A DNA stretch of 63,229 nucleotides, the filler included, from Folioceros fuciformis (Eukaryota): the NCBI GenBank assembly GCA_049999805.1. It is 11 parts of 11 records of this genome, joined end to end, with 100 filler letters (N's around TTAATTAATTAA, not from the genome) between each part and the next. Parts side by side here need not be neighbours in the genome. Positions count along the whole stretch, not along the records: positions 12,313 to 20,564 come from JBNGIO010003412.1; positions 20,665 to 23,664 come from JBNGIO010003415.1; 9 more parts are not named here. One strand, written 5' to 3'. Position 1 is the first letter of the stretch; every line of letters begins with the position of its first letter. This document shows positions 12,313 to 23,764 of the stretch, in pieces. A model generated the notes under the pieces. The model made no database searches. It worked only from the letters and a program-made list of their open reading frames with translations, and had not been told where the DNA came from. Position numbers and translations under genes: made by a program.

Positions 12313-14093
12313 GGGCAGGCTGAGCGGAAACAGCCCCGACTGCAGCAGGCCAGGCGGCCACAACCTTCACAGCGAACCTCAAAACCCTCGGAACAACAGT
12401 AGAGACCGCGCCATCGCGTTCACTTCCTGCCACAGCAGAATCTGCCACAGCAGGATGCGCCACATTTGTGATTCCCGCCGACAGTTGCATACTGGCAGAC
12501 GCCATAGAGCCCCTCCCTCAAGCGGACTGAAGTAGCAGCTTGTTGCAGCTCAGCCACGTCCTTCCTACCGCACACACCAGTCCCCAGTCGCCACAGAGAA
12601 TTAACTCCCCAGCCGGACAATCACCCACAGATTCCAGGCCACAACCGCCACACAGACCCGATCCCCACAATCTCCACCTGCGAAATTCTCCTCCCAGAAC
12701 TGTGCACTCCAGATTCAGAAATGCCACTGCCCAACCGAGCGCAGGCTTTCAAGGCCGAACTGCCCGCAAGTTTCCAGGAACCAGCAGACGAGCGCGGAGT
12801 GAAGCAGTCACCAGTGATCCAGGTGACAAGCGTGCTGACAGGGGGTAGTTACAAGGACGTTCCCAGCAAGAGCTGCTGCATGCAAAGCTATCCCAGAGCA
12901 GGCAGCGGGAGGATCTAAATCGCAGTCCAGCCCCTCTGACACGCTGCGATAGGGACAGCTGCCACAGCTCTAAACCTCACCAAAACCTGTAAGAAGTACA
13001 GTCCAGTCCGGCTCGACACCTTACGCTTAGCCTTCCCCAGGTCTGCCAACCCCAACAATTTATACCCACTAACAGGTGCCGGCGAAACCCGGAATCACTA
13101 CTGGCTCGACGAGCTATAGCGAGCTCTTTCCATTTCCACCCCAGGTGCGCTGAACCTGGACAGCATCCGGGTCTGTGTGAGTGGCGAGCGAGGACCCGGT
13201 ATGGTGTGGGGACCGTCACTGGCGGCGAAATGGGCCAAGGAAGTTGCGTTGGTGCAGGTGCGCCTTCCCCAGACCCCACTGTCCGGAAAGTAGGCCCCAC
13301 GGCTGCTCAAGAGCGAGAGGCTTCGCGGCTTCGGATGTCTAGCAGTAGCACCTTTGCTTCTCGCCGCCCCCTGGACACGCTCCTCGAGGTTTCTGGCTTA
13401 CCAGACCTTACCTTGTGACCCTGTGGCCGCCCCACGGGGCAGGCTCAAAAGTGAAAAACTCTTTCAGGCCCTCGACTTGCCGCGTCCTTGCGGCCAAATC
13501 CAACTATCGCTTGCGTCTCCCCGATCGTTGTTTCGTTCTGTCTACCTGGTCCGTTTTCAGTGTCGGTCTGAACCTGGCCTCCCTTCCTCTCCAGCAGAGA
13601 TATTATACCTTCATATATCCATATATAAATATTATATAAATACCGATGTACCTTAACTGTCATGTGTGTATAGTAACTAACACACAAAGTATGTCGGCAT
13701 GAGCTAGTAAGAATTGGGGATAAGGGAGCCGATGAGGCTTTGTCCCTTGCCCATGAAAGAATCTTCTTAGCTTGTTCCCCTTCTCTTCTTCTTGAGTAGC
13801 CATGGTTGTACAACTTATTGAGTTGCTGTGCTTGTCGATAAGCTTGGAATCACAAGCTCTTTGATGACTTTTTTACATAGTGTCAGCAATGTATGACACA
13901 CCTCAAATCTAGGTGAGGGGCAGTGATGCAAAACAAAGAACTCAACCACCTAGATGACAAGTTGCTAGGAAAATCATGGAGGGCAATGGGGACCAAGATA
14001 CCTACGTTCCTTTTAGAAGCATATTGGATCCTAGCACTTAAGGCCCTCCCAAAAAGCTTCCATGCGAGTGTGGGCAAATCAACACATATGGCA

Positions 14094-14490
14094 CTCTCTT
14101 CAAATTCGTGCTAGCACCCAAAAACACAAATAGCCCTCCCTTTGAATTCATACTATCTACCAAAAACATGAATAGCTCCCTCAAATTTATGTTAGCAACA
14201 AAAAACATGTATGGCGATCTCCTCAAATTCATGCTAGCAACCAAAAGTTCCTATGGNNNNNNNNNNNNNNNNNNNNNNNNNNNNNNNNNNNNNNNNNNNN
14301 NNNNNNNNNNNNNNNNNNNNNNNNNNNNNNNNNNNNNNNNNNNNNNNNNNNNNNNNTCCCCTCAAAATTCAGCCTAGCAACCAAAAGTGCGTATGTCCTT
14401 CCCCTCAAAGTCAGGCTAGCAATCAAAAACGCATATGATATGGCCTTCCCCACAAATTCAGGCTAGCAACCAAACAACGCATATGGCCCT
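14094..14490. repeat. Degenerate ~41-bp minisatellite (TCCCTCAAATTCA-GCTAGCAACCAAAA core) spanning an N gap
   Basis: At least 7 diverged copies visible, on both sides of the gap. Confidence 0.75.
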
Positions 14491-16100
14491 TTTCACATTG
14501 AACATCACACTCCTCACACCCATGTGGACACAATAGCTCTATTTTGTCGTGCCCAGCACACACCTCACACCTATTACATGTGCTTGCAAAAGCATTTCTA
14601 TCTATGTAGCCATGAAGACAAGCACCAAACTCTAATAAGGAGACAATGGTTACAAAGCTCACCAATAAATTTCAAGTCTGGTGTGGACAATAGATAGTCG
14701 AAGATGAAACATGGGAATAACATCCAAAGGGCGTGTCTATATATTTTTAAGGGGAGACAGTTCCTTGTGTGGCCTAATGTTGTTGAGAGTAAGGTTTTTG
14801 TTGGCTCCTATGTAGATAGTAATGGTCAATTTTGTCACAGCTGACCATGTAAGAATGCTACTCAGCTGACCATGTAAGAATGCTACTCACCTATCTTCTC
14901 GCAAATTGAAGGATATTAAAAAATGGGTGAAGCATAAGGTGTTTTGCAAGGTTTGAAGAGCCTATATTCTTATAAACTATGAAGAGATAATAGCTATTCA
15001 ATTGATGGGCAGCATGTCAACTACACTCACACCTTCACAAGATGATTGTCTCAATGGTAAAGACGTTTGATAACATTGTACATAAATGCCTTGGTTGCTT
15101 GTTACCAATTTGTACATAGAGTTTTAGGCCATTGCACTATTATTCATCAATTACTTTGGAAAGCAATGGGACCTTATCATTGACATGTGGTTGGTAGCAA
15201 TGGGAGCTGCACTACACATTGCACAAAATTAATAAAGCACATCACTAAAGGTTTGCTATCGTCACAAGCATTAAACTTATCGAGAATGAGTGTGATACAC
15301 ACTTACCATAGTGCATAGCAACTCAAGTGCTAGGTGCTATGGATGTATGTTTGTCACAACAATCACCTATCTAGACTAATATTGGCTTAAACAGCAGATC
15401 TAGACTAATACCTGCTTAAACAGCAGCACTAGGCTGTAACCCGTACCCGTCTCAAACTGGGGCTCACTTGGCTTATGACTGTGGAGTGCCTGTAATAATG
15501 GCCAATAGTCCTGGTCTGGTAGGGAACGCCGAGGCCTTGCGGTAAGGGTTTGGTTTCTTGGGAACCCAACCTCTCCCACCGCATTATTGCTGAACACACA
15601 AACGTCTCGGGCAACTCCGCAGCATCTTATTATGGGTGGACATCGCTTTCGAAGAGGTGAACGCCTCCCCTCCGGAAAACCTCCAAAATGAGGTTACGGG
15701 ATTTCCTTCGGAAGGAGTTAAACAGAATGTGCCTCCTTTACCCAGAGACAGTAAGTGGTTAGTTGTTCCACAGAGCAAAGCGGACACGGCAACGTCACAA
15801 TCAGCATGACACACAGTTTGAACGTTGAAGACAGCTCCTGCTAGCTCAAATTCCCAGGAGTGCCATGACACCTGGTATCAGGAGATGCACCACTGGGAGC
15901 TGAAGGATGTGGCAGGCGTTTACAAACAATGCGGCACTGCCGCTTTCCCAGTTCGCTACGGTTGGCACGAGACCAACAAGGTGTGTCGAGGAGCCACCTA
16001 TGGACTAGCGCTAACTGATGTGGGGGTATCTGAACACATTACTTTCAGGCAAACCAGGGCATCAGTAGTTAATCTCGAGCGTGACCCCAAAATGCATGGG

Positions 16101-16170
16101 ACAATCGATACAACACCAGTTCCACAATCGATACAACACCAGTTCCACAATCGATACAACACCAGTTCCA
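16101..16170. repeat. 23-bp tandem repeat x3 (ACAATCGATACAACACCAGTTCC)
   Basis: Three perfect copies downstream of the DnaJ gene. Confidence 0.9.
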
Positions 16171-16331
16171 AATAGAAACTTGAATGACGTCTGGAAACAA
16201 ATGAAAAATGTTCATGGAACTTGGGACAGGTTGAGGTTCCTCTCCTCACGATCGAGACACAAAGCCGCTTCAACCAGATACTGAGCTACAATGTTCCACA
16301 CCGTGTCTTAGCTGCAAAAATGGTAGAAGAG

Positions 16332-17390
16332 CTAAGGCTTGAGAATCCGCTTGATGTCCTGTCGTTGCGAGTCTGTCAAAGAATTCGGAAATTCCACTTC
16401 GAAAGTCACGAAGAGGTCCCCTTTTTTGAGACTGTCATAGATAGGCATGCCCTCCGATTTGAAGCGCCTTACCTCCTTCGGCTTTGTAATACCTTTAGTA
16501 CCTATACTAACCAAGTGCCCATCCAGATGTTTAATCTGCTTCTCAAAACCAACCAGCGCATCCAAAAGTGAAATGGTGACACTTGTCTGTAGGTTGTTGC
16601 CATCCCTTTGAAACGTTTTGTGAGGCCGGATTCGAATGACGAATTTGAGGTCGCCAGGTTCTCCATCCACAATAGGTTCACCGTCTTCGTAGAAAGTCAC
16701 CTCCTGCCCCTCCTTCATTCCCTTTTCTACATCTACTGTCACAAACCCTCCTTCCCTCTCGAACTTCACATTAGGGCACTCATCGCACACAGCCTGAGTG
16801 TACTGTTGAAACATCCCCGGACCAATCTGCCTATGAAACACCTGGTTCTTGCAGTTGCATTGCCGCTTTCCAGGTGCAGGCTTCAACACATTCTTCTCCC
16901 TCCAGATCTTGTGCGAACTCCCGATGTAAAGATCCTCCAAGGTAGCGTACAGCTCAACCACAACATCATCCCCCTTAGGCGTCTTCTCCTCCTCCTCCTC
17001 TCCATCCCCAAATCCAAACCTCATGCCCGAGCCCCCGAAGAACTGCGAAAAGATATCGTTGGCAAAATTGCCTCCTCCGCCTCTGCCACCTTGCTGGTGA
17101 TGTTGCTTCAGGCCCTCCTCTCCATACTGGTCATAGATCTGCCGCTTTTCCTTATCGGACAAAACTTCGTACACGTTGTTTATCTCCGCGAACTTCTTAG
17201 TGGCTTCCTCTCCCGGATTCTTGTCAGGATGATACTTCAGAGCAAGCTTTCGGTACGCCCTCTTAATCTGGTCCTCCGAGGCCCCCTTCGGCACTTGAAG
17301 CACATCATAATAGCTCTTCTTTGCTAGCGCCTCTAGGTGATAGCTACAGAGCAGCAAAGCTAGCAGAAGGATAGACCATGGGCGCTCCAT
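16332..17390 (-). CDS. ERDJ3B: ER-luminal DnaJ/Hsp40, ERdj3B/DNAJB11-like, intronless, 352 aa
   Basis: Signal peptide; J-domain KSYYDVLQV...[14 protein letters not shown]-rich region; [11 protein letters not shown]...QIGPGMFQQ...[12 protein letters not shown]; DnaJ_C domain [18 protein letters not shown]. Confidence 0.93.
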   Translation of the reverse strand: MERPWSILLLALLLCSYHLEALAKKSYYDVLQVPKGASEDQIKRAYRKLALKYHPDKNPGEEATKKFAEINNVYEVLSDKEKRQIYDQYGEEGLKQHHQQGGRGGGGNFANDIFSQFFGGSGMRFGFGDGEEEEEKTPKGDDVVVELYATLEDLYIGSSHKIWREKNVLKPAPGKRQCNCKNQVFHRQIGPGMFQQYTQAVCDECPNVKFEREGGFVTVDVEKGMKEGQEVTFYEDGEPIVDGEPGDLKFVIRIRPHKTFQRDGNNLQTSVTISLLDALVGFEKQIKHLDGHLVSIGTKGITKPKEVRRFKSEGMPIYDSLKKGDLFVTFEVEFPNSLTDSQRQDIKRILKP

Positions 17391-18281
17391 GTCCTCAGCG
17401 GCTCACCACCCTACCTCGAGCTTCCGCAAAAACTCACTGCAGCAAAGAACCGTCAACAACTCTCAATTCCAAGGGTTTTAGCGTCCACTGTCATGCAAGC
17501 CCTGGCTTTCACAAAAGAAGATACACACATAGCAGCAGCCGATTGCATCCAAAAATCCCCTCCCCACGCCCAAACAAACCGGAACTTCAGCTGGAAGCAG
17601 GACAGTGCTCACCAGCACCGAGGAGTCACCGGTTGTACAACTCTGCATCTAGTCTTCGTTTGCCGCAAGAGTAAACTCATATCAGAATGACGAGACACTC
17701 ATCGCTCTCCCGCACAGAAGCAGCGTGTGTAGCAGCGTCCACACAGACAAAAGAACTCCCGAGGCTCCCGATGTCTTCTTCGAGGCCCCGGGACGCGAGC
17801 CTTCTTCGGTTGAGCGTCAAGGAAAGGCACAATACCATTTCGACGTCACGGTGGAGTCGTTGGCCACTACCATTTCGCCAACTGGCGGAAAGTCTCTTTA
17901 TTGAATTAAAGTCGAGAAAAATAAATGATTTGCACATTGCACAGGACCTCTGGTATGGCTTCGCGACGTCTACTTGGTAGTCAGTAGAAGATACATACCT
18001 GACGAAAGGAACTATCTACGAGTGTACCAACCGGTGATGAGACTACTTACGCCAATGAGACGTCTCATGAATTGCATACAGACCTAACGTATGATGTTCC
18101 ATCATCCCTTAGGTCTGCCTGTCTAAGGAATGGTGGGGCTAGTTGGCGTGCGGTTCTTGGCCCTAGAGTGGGTTGGTCGTTATGTTTTAGGGCATATGGG
18201 TTGTCTCGTTCTTTTTTATTCAAGTTCTTTTTTCAGTTGAAGAGTACTATCCTTCATGGCGAAGACAGGTACTCCAGTGAT

Positions 18282-18405
18282 TTGGCCGACATTCTTTCCG
18301 TTGCGTTTTGGGAGCACGGGTCTACTGGCTTCAAGCACTGGCCGACATTCTTTCCGTTGCGTTTTGGGAGCACGGGTCTACTGGCTTCAAGCACTGGTCT
18401 ACTGG
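18282..18405. repeat. ~57-bp direct tandem duplication (TGGCCGACATTCTTTCCGTTGCGTTTTGGGAGCACGGGTCTACTGGCTTCAAGCAC x2)
   Basis: Two identical copies plus a partial third. Confidence 0.85.
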
Positions 18406-19149
18406 CTGCCAAGACCTCCGGCAGGTTTGATAGGAAGCCAGACTCTCTTTATCGCACTTGTCCTACGTTTTTATCCTATCCCCAAGGCTTTCATTCAAGG
18501 TGTTGAGGATGGGGTTTTTCCTAGTGGCCCATGCTCCCTTTCAAGTTGAGATGCTAGTCCCCGGATGAACTTTGGTACAGAGATTCTTGAGCTCAAGAAG
18601 CGGGAGCGGCGAGAGCAGGTTACGGCGGGGTCGTAGAGGCCTGTGGCTGTAGGGGCAAGGGCTGCAACAAGTCCTGCAGGCCGTCCGTGGCTTGTGGGCG
18701 CTAGGCGGCCCTCTTTGGGCCGGGCTCCTTGTGGGGCCGGTTCGGGTGTGGCAGTGGGGCTAGGTTTGTGTGGAGTCCACATGACGAATGGATCCCTGAA
18801 AAAAAATGGTTTTTGTTTTTTTAGTTTTAGTGGAATTGCATGGGAAGAAGTTGAGAAATGAGGAATTAGTTAGGTGAAGTCTTGACAAGAAACCTGGGTT
18901 GGTGTGTGCAATAGTCCAGGTGGGTTGTTAGTTTAGGTCATAGTTGTGGTTGGGGAACAATATCCCTTGGGGAGAACCAAGGGGCAAGCAGCCGACCAGT
19001 AGTAGCTAAGGCCCAATGGATCAGAGAGGCTTTAGCTATAGTGGTATGCATAAGCGGGTTTGGCTTGGCTAGGGTTTCATACCTCAAGGTGGAAGGTGCA
19101 AGAGTTCCAATAGGATCAAGAGGGCAAACCTCCAGCGGGATGAGAGGGC

Positions 19150-20564
19150 GGGTGGCTCAGGCTGGATCTAGATTGGGAGGCCAGCGGCGGCCGAGGTGGT
19201 TAGCAGACAGCGGCTAGCCACGGCCGACGGCCTGGCTGGCTAATCGAAGCTGGGTCGTAGCAAGGAGCAGGCCGCTGGCTGACTGCCGCGGGACCTGACT
19301 AGCGATAGCCGCCAGGCGGGCTGGCTGCAGACAAATAGCTAGCAGCGGCTGCAGGCCGACAACTCGGCAACAACTGCAGGCAGTGCGGTCCGGCTGTAGG
19401 CAGACAGCCACTGCAGGTAGGTGGCTTGGCAGGTGGCTGAGCCAGTAGTGGCTGGCAACTGGCCGGGGTGGATCCAAGCAGCCAGGCCGACTGGCTGGAC
19501 TGTGGCCAGAGGGCGGGCTGGACTGTGGCCAGACGGCGGGCTGGTTGCTGGCTGATGGTTGCTGGCGGGTTGCTAAGGAGCCTCGCCAACAGCCCAACTC
19601 GGGCCGGTTGCATGCAGGCAGCAGGAGGCTCAGCAAGCTGGCTGCCTGGACGGGTCCAGGAGGACAGGTGGCCTGGCAGGAGGTATGGTAGATGGTCGGG
19701 TCAGCAGTGGCCCAGCTGCTGAGGAGCAGCTAGGAGACCCGGTAGCAAGCAGCAACCAGCGGGCCGCCAGAACCAGGATGCAAGGCAGGCCGGGGACCAA
19801 GCAGTCTGGCTACCTGGCCGGATTCGAAAGCCATCAGTGGCCCGGCTACTGAGAAACAGGATGCCGGGGTGGATCCGGCCAGGTGGTCGGCAGGGCAGGC
19901 GGGCGGCATGGGCGAATCAGCCAGGAGGGTGGCGTGCGGCTTGGCTGGTAGGTGGATTCGGCCGGGCAACCAGGCAACCGCCTAGCGGTGGCTGGCTGGC
20001 TAGGGGGATCCTGGCCGGGGGCAGGCCTGTCCGGGGGAGGATTGCAGGTGGCCTGGCGGCTGGCCGAGGTGGATCCAGGCAGCCAAGGCGAGTGGCTGGA
20101 CCCTGGCCAGTCGGCGGGCTGGCTGAATCGGGGCCGAAGCAGCCAGGCTGTAGGGGGCGGATCCGATTGGGATGGCAGGTTGGCTAGAGGCGGCCTTACA
20201 GGCGAATCCGTCTAGGCAGGCGCTGGCCGGATCACCAGGCAGCCGGCAAGCGGGCCAATAATGTAGGTAGGTAGGTGTCTGGCCGAATTGCCAAGGCAGA
20301 CTATGCATCCAACCAGGGAGGCAAGCCGGATTGGCAGGGCCCGGCCGGGCTGGCGGGTAGGCAGATGGTAGGAAGGCCGGGGTGGCAAGCTGGCTAGCAA
20401 TGGTAGCTATGGGCAGACATAGGCGTTCGGCAGACGGCCAAGTCCGAAGACAGGTGATGGCGAAGAGCTCTGTTGATGATAGCGCTGTGGAGAGGTGCTG
20501 AATCGAGGCAGTGCGAAGCGGGGGCCGGTGTCTAGGGAAGAATATGGGCCCTATGGTAGTGACG
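19150..20564. repeat. GC-rich low-complexity (GGCT/GGCA-rich) repeat tract, probably transposon-derived
   Basis: Dense GGCTGG/GGCAGG/GGATCC motifs; no coherent protein in any frame. Confidence 0.5.
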
Positions 20565-21135
20565 NNNNNNNNNNNNNNNNNNNNNNNNNNNNNNNNNNNN
20601 NNNNNNNNTTAATTAATTAANNNNNNNNNNNNNNNNNNNNNNNNNNNNNNNNNNNNNNNNNNNNAGCTGATCCCGCTGAATAAGCTACCATTTTCAGGCT
20701 AGGTTCCGGCTACTGATCCCACTCCTTCCCACCTCCTCTCTATCTTTCCCATTGCTTATGCTCCTTCCCTAGAGGCTGGCTCAGCCACCAAGGGTGAACA
20801 GGTGCAGGGGAAGACTCAGCGGGCGACCATCCAGCAAGGAAGAGGCAGCGTCCATAGATCTTTGAAGATTAGACATCCTTTGAAGTCTCAAGGTAGTCTA
20901 AGAGGTGGTAGATCCTTGTGGTGGTAGGGCCAGGAGCTCANNNNNNNNNNNNNNNNNNNNNNNNNNNNNNNNNNNNNNNNNNNNNNNNNNNNNNNNNNNN
21001 NNNNNNNNNNNNNNNNNNNNNNNNNNNNNNNNNNNNNNNNTAGTCTAAGAGGTGGTAGATCCTTGTGGTGGTAGGGCCAGGAGCTCATTGGTGGCAGGTT
21101 GTGCTAGAAGTCTAAATAAGTGGCTGGTGACAGCC

Positions 21136-21502
21136 GGCTAGGCTATTAAAATATTATTTCTCAAGTTAGAGAGAGGTGAAGTCAGAGAGAGAGAGAGGCT
21201 CCTATAAGATCAGGTGAGCCTATAGGAGGAGGGAGTCATTCACTTTGGGAGTCAGTCTATCTCTTCGTGGGCTCTTGGAGGTCCTCTCTTCATGAGCTCT
21301 TGTGGTCTGTCCCTGCTTGGTTTAGGACCAGCAGTGTGTTGCCGGCTGTGCAACGTCTGGTAGGATCGCAAGCCGCGTGTTGCCGGCTGTACAGTGTCTG
21401 GTAGGATCGCAGGCAGCATGTTGCCGGCTGTACAGTGTCTGGTAGGATCGCGGGCAGCGTGTTGCCGGTTGTATAGTGTCTGGTAGGATCACAAGGTGTA
21501 AT
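21136..21502. repeat. Dispersed repeat (probable LTR-retrotransposon terminal region) with an internal ~39-bp tandem array; second copy at 56122-56596
   Basis: CTATTAAAAT...TCTCAAGTTAGAGAGAG...GGCTCCTATAAGATCAGGTGAGCCT...(GTGTTGCCGGCTGTACAGTGTCTGGTAGGATCGC)n...GATCACAAGGTGTAAT is shared between two scaffolds. Confidence 0.75.
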
Positions 21503-22102
21503 GACCAGGGTGTAGGGGCTTGCCCCTCGCTCTTGATTGTAAAGGATGTGTCTTTCTCTCGACCTGTGCACTCTTGTTCCTTGCTTGGTCAAGTGTTGTA
21601 GGCCGGCCATGTCTCATGGCGTCTGGTAAGGTTGTGGGGAGGAGATACCCGAGAGGGGAGTATGTTCCCTTCTTTCTTTTGTTTGGGGTTAGTCTAGTGA
21701 CTCTTGCCGGGTAGGAGGAGTTAGTAGGGAAGTGTAGAAGGTAGTGGTGTCATTGTTAGTTGCTGGTGTTGGTGCTGGAGTGAGAGAGTGAGTGAAGTAA
21801 GTGAGGGAAGTCACAGATCTAAGAGGTTAGGGTCGTTGTAGTGACTGGAGTGAGTTTGTGGGCACCGAGAGAGGTGCAGCTGGCCGCCGGACAGCGAGGC
21901 CTGTCCTACGCCTGATTGGAGCTGGAGGAGAGCCCTCGAATCCATCATCGAGTCGATCAAGTCCGACCCTCCATCCACAGCAGCAAGGAACCCTATCGCT
22001 CCTTCGTGGGAACGAAACCCAATGTCTCAACGGCAGTGGGATAAGTGTGGCCACTAAAGGTGGAACCCGTTGGCTATCAGTGCCCGGGGTTTTGCCTCCA
22101 CA
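21497..22102 (-). mobile_element. LTR-like repeat with TG...CA termini; inverted copy at 23176-23664
   Basis: The minus strand begins TGTGGAGGCAAAACCCC, as does the plus strand at 23176; 21623-22102 aligns in reverse complement to 23176-23664. Confidence 0.7.
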
Positions 22103-22269
22103 GCTGGACTGTCCCAAAACTGAGGAAGTTAGAGCCACCATGCTGGCAGTTCCCTACATAAAATTTGTGGGGTTTGCCCTATACATGTCAACCAAAACGA
22201 GGTTCGACCTGAGCCAACCCTACGGCATCCTTGCTTAGTTAGTTCAAGCCATATTCTTGCCATACGTAT

Positions 22270-23175
22270 TCGTGGAGACAAACATAAGCATTAGTTGTAT
22301 TTGTCTCAAATTGAATACATTAACAAGGTGCTTCAACGTTTCAATGTGGAGAAGGGGAAGGTATTGAGTACTTCGTTGCCTCCTATTAATGGGATTAACC
22401 CAACATGGGTTAGTTAACCAGGGTAAGTCGTAGACCGTTAAAAATACTAACTTTGTAATATTTTGATTATTGTTCTATTTTAGTTTTCATGCTTCCGCAA
22501 CTTTAACACCTCCATATGTGAAACTTTTAAGCAAGGATTGCCCAAGCTCTACGGAGGACAAAGTTGAAATGGAGACAGTTCCATACTCATCAGCTGTAAG
22601 GAGTTTGATGTATGCAATGATTGCTACACATCCTGACATTGCCTTTGCAATGGGCATGATTAGCAAGTTTATGTCAAACCCTAGCAGGAAGCATTGGGAG
22701 GCAATGAAAGATGTTATAAGGTACTTAAATGGTACGAAAGCTTTGTGCTTATGTTTTGGTAGTGAAGATGCATTTGTCGTGGGATATACGGATGCTGATT
22801 ATGTAGGGGATATGGACAAAAGGAGGTCCACATCAGGTTAGGTCTTCATGTGCACAAGAGGGGCAGTCTTATGGCGATCTCGTTTGCAATCGTGCATAAC
22901 ACTATCTACCACAGAGGCGGAGTATGTTGCAGCAACCAAGGCGTGCAAGGAAGCCATGTGGCTTGCTCGTTTAGTGGGAGATTTGGGGATAAAGGCTGAG
23001 CTGCTAGTGTTGCATTGTGATAGCCAGTGTGCTATTCAATTGGCGAAGAATCCAGTGTTTCATGCGAAGAACAAACATGTGGAAGTGAAGTATCACTTCA
23101 TTCGAGAGGTGTTGGAAGACAAGAGTGTACAGCTTGTCAAAGTTCACACCAGTCAAAACCCTGTAGATATTCTTA
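22270..23175 (+). mobile_element. Ty1/copia reverse transcriptase-RNase H remnant (degenerate, interrupted)
   Basis: EYINKVLQRFNV, VPYSSAVRSLMYAM...HPDIAFA, GYTDADY.GD.DKRRSTSG, stop codon, TLSTTEAEYVAA, LHCDSQCAIQLAKNPVFH...KHVEVKYHFIRE, QNPVDIL. Confidence 0.92.
22384..22508. mobile_element. 125-bp solo-LTR-like insertion with 5-bp target-site duplication CCTCC
   Basis: CCTCC at 22379-22383 and 22509-22513; termini TATTAA...TTAACA (a decayed TGTTAA/TTAACA inverted pair). Removing the insertion restores the copia RT frame SLPPYVKL. Confidence 0.75.
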
Positions 23176-23664
23176 TGTGGAGGCAAAACCCCGAGCACTG
23201 ATTGCCGACGGGTCCCACCTTTAGTGGCCACACTTATCCCACTGTCGTTGAGACATTGGGTTTCGTTCCCACGAAGGAGCGATGGGGTTCCTTGCTGCTG
23301 TGGATGGAGGGTCGGACTTGATCAACTCGATGATGGATTCGAGGGCTCCCCTCCAGCTCCGATCAGGCGTAGGACAGGCCTCGCTGTCTGGCGGTCAGCT
23401 GCACCTCTCTCGGTGCCCACAAACTCACTCTTGTCACTACAACGACTCTAACCTCTCAGATCTGCGTCTTCCTTCACTCACTTCACTCACTCTCTCGCTC
23501 CAGCACCAACACCAGCAACTACTAGCAACCAGCAAGGACACCACTACCTTGTATACTTCCCTACGGACTCCTCCTACCCGGCAAGAGTCACTAGACTAAC
23601 CCCAAACAAAAGGAAGAAGGGAACACACTCCCCTCTCGGGTATCTCCTCCCCACAACCTTACCA
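23176..23664 (+). mobile_element. LTR-like repeat inserted into the copia RNase H coding end; truncated by scaffold end
   Basis: Begins with TGTGG exactly where the RNase H motif DIL(TK) breaks; inverted copy at 21623-22102. Confidence 0.7.
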
Positions 23665-23764
23665 NNNNNNNNNNNNNNNNNNNNNNNNNNNNNNNNNNNN
23701 NNNNNNNNTTAATTAATTAANNNNNNNNNNNNNNNNNNNNNNNNNNNNNNNNNNNNNNNNNNNN

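Noticed and set aside
12313-13650. Possible gene or LINE ORF1 in a GC-rich stretch
   Set aside because: No recognisable motif in any frame and frequent stops.
17830-18070. ER-stress elements upstream of ERdj3B (TGACGTC on the minus strand; CCAAT next to the palindrome ATGAGACGTCTCAT)
   Set aside because: They do not match the full ERSE or UPRE consensus spacing; such short matches are expected by chance.
19214-20400. Multiple Pro/Ala/Gly-rich ORFs
   Set aside because: Products of a low-complexity GC-rich repeat in several frames.
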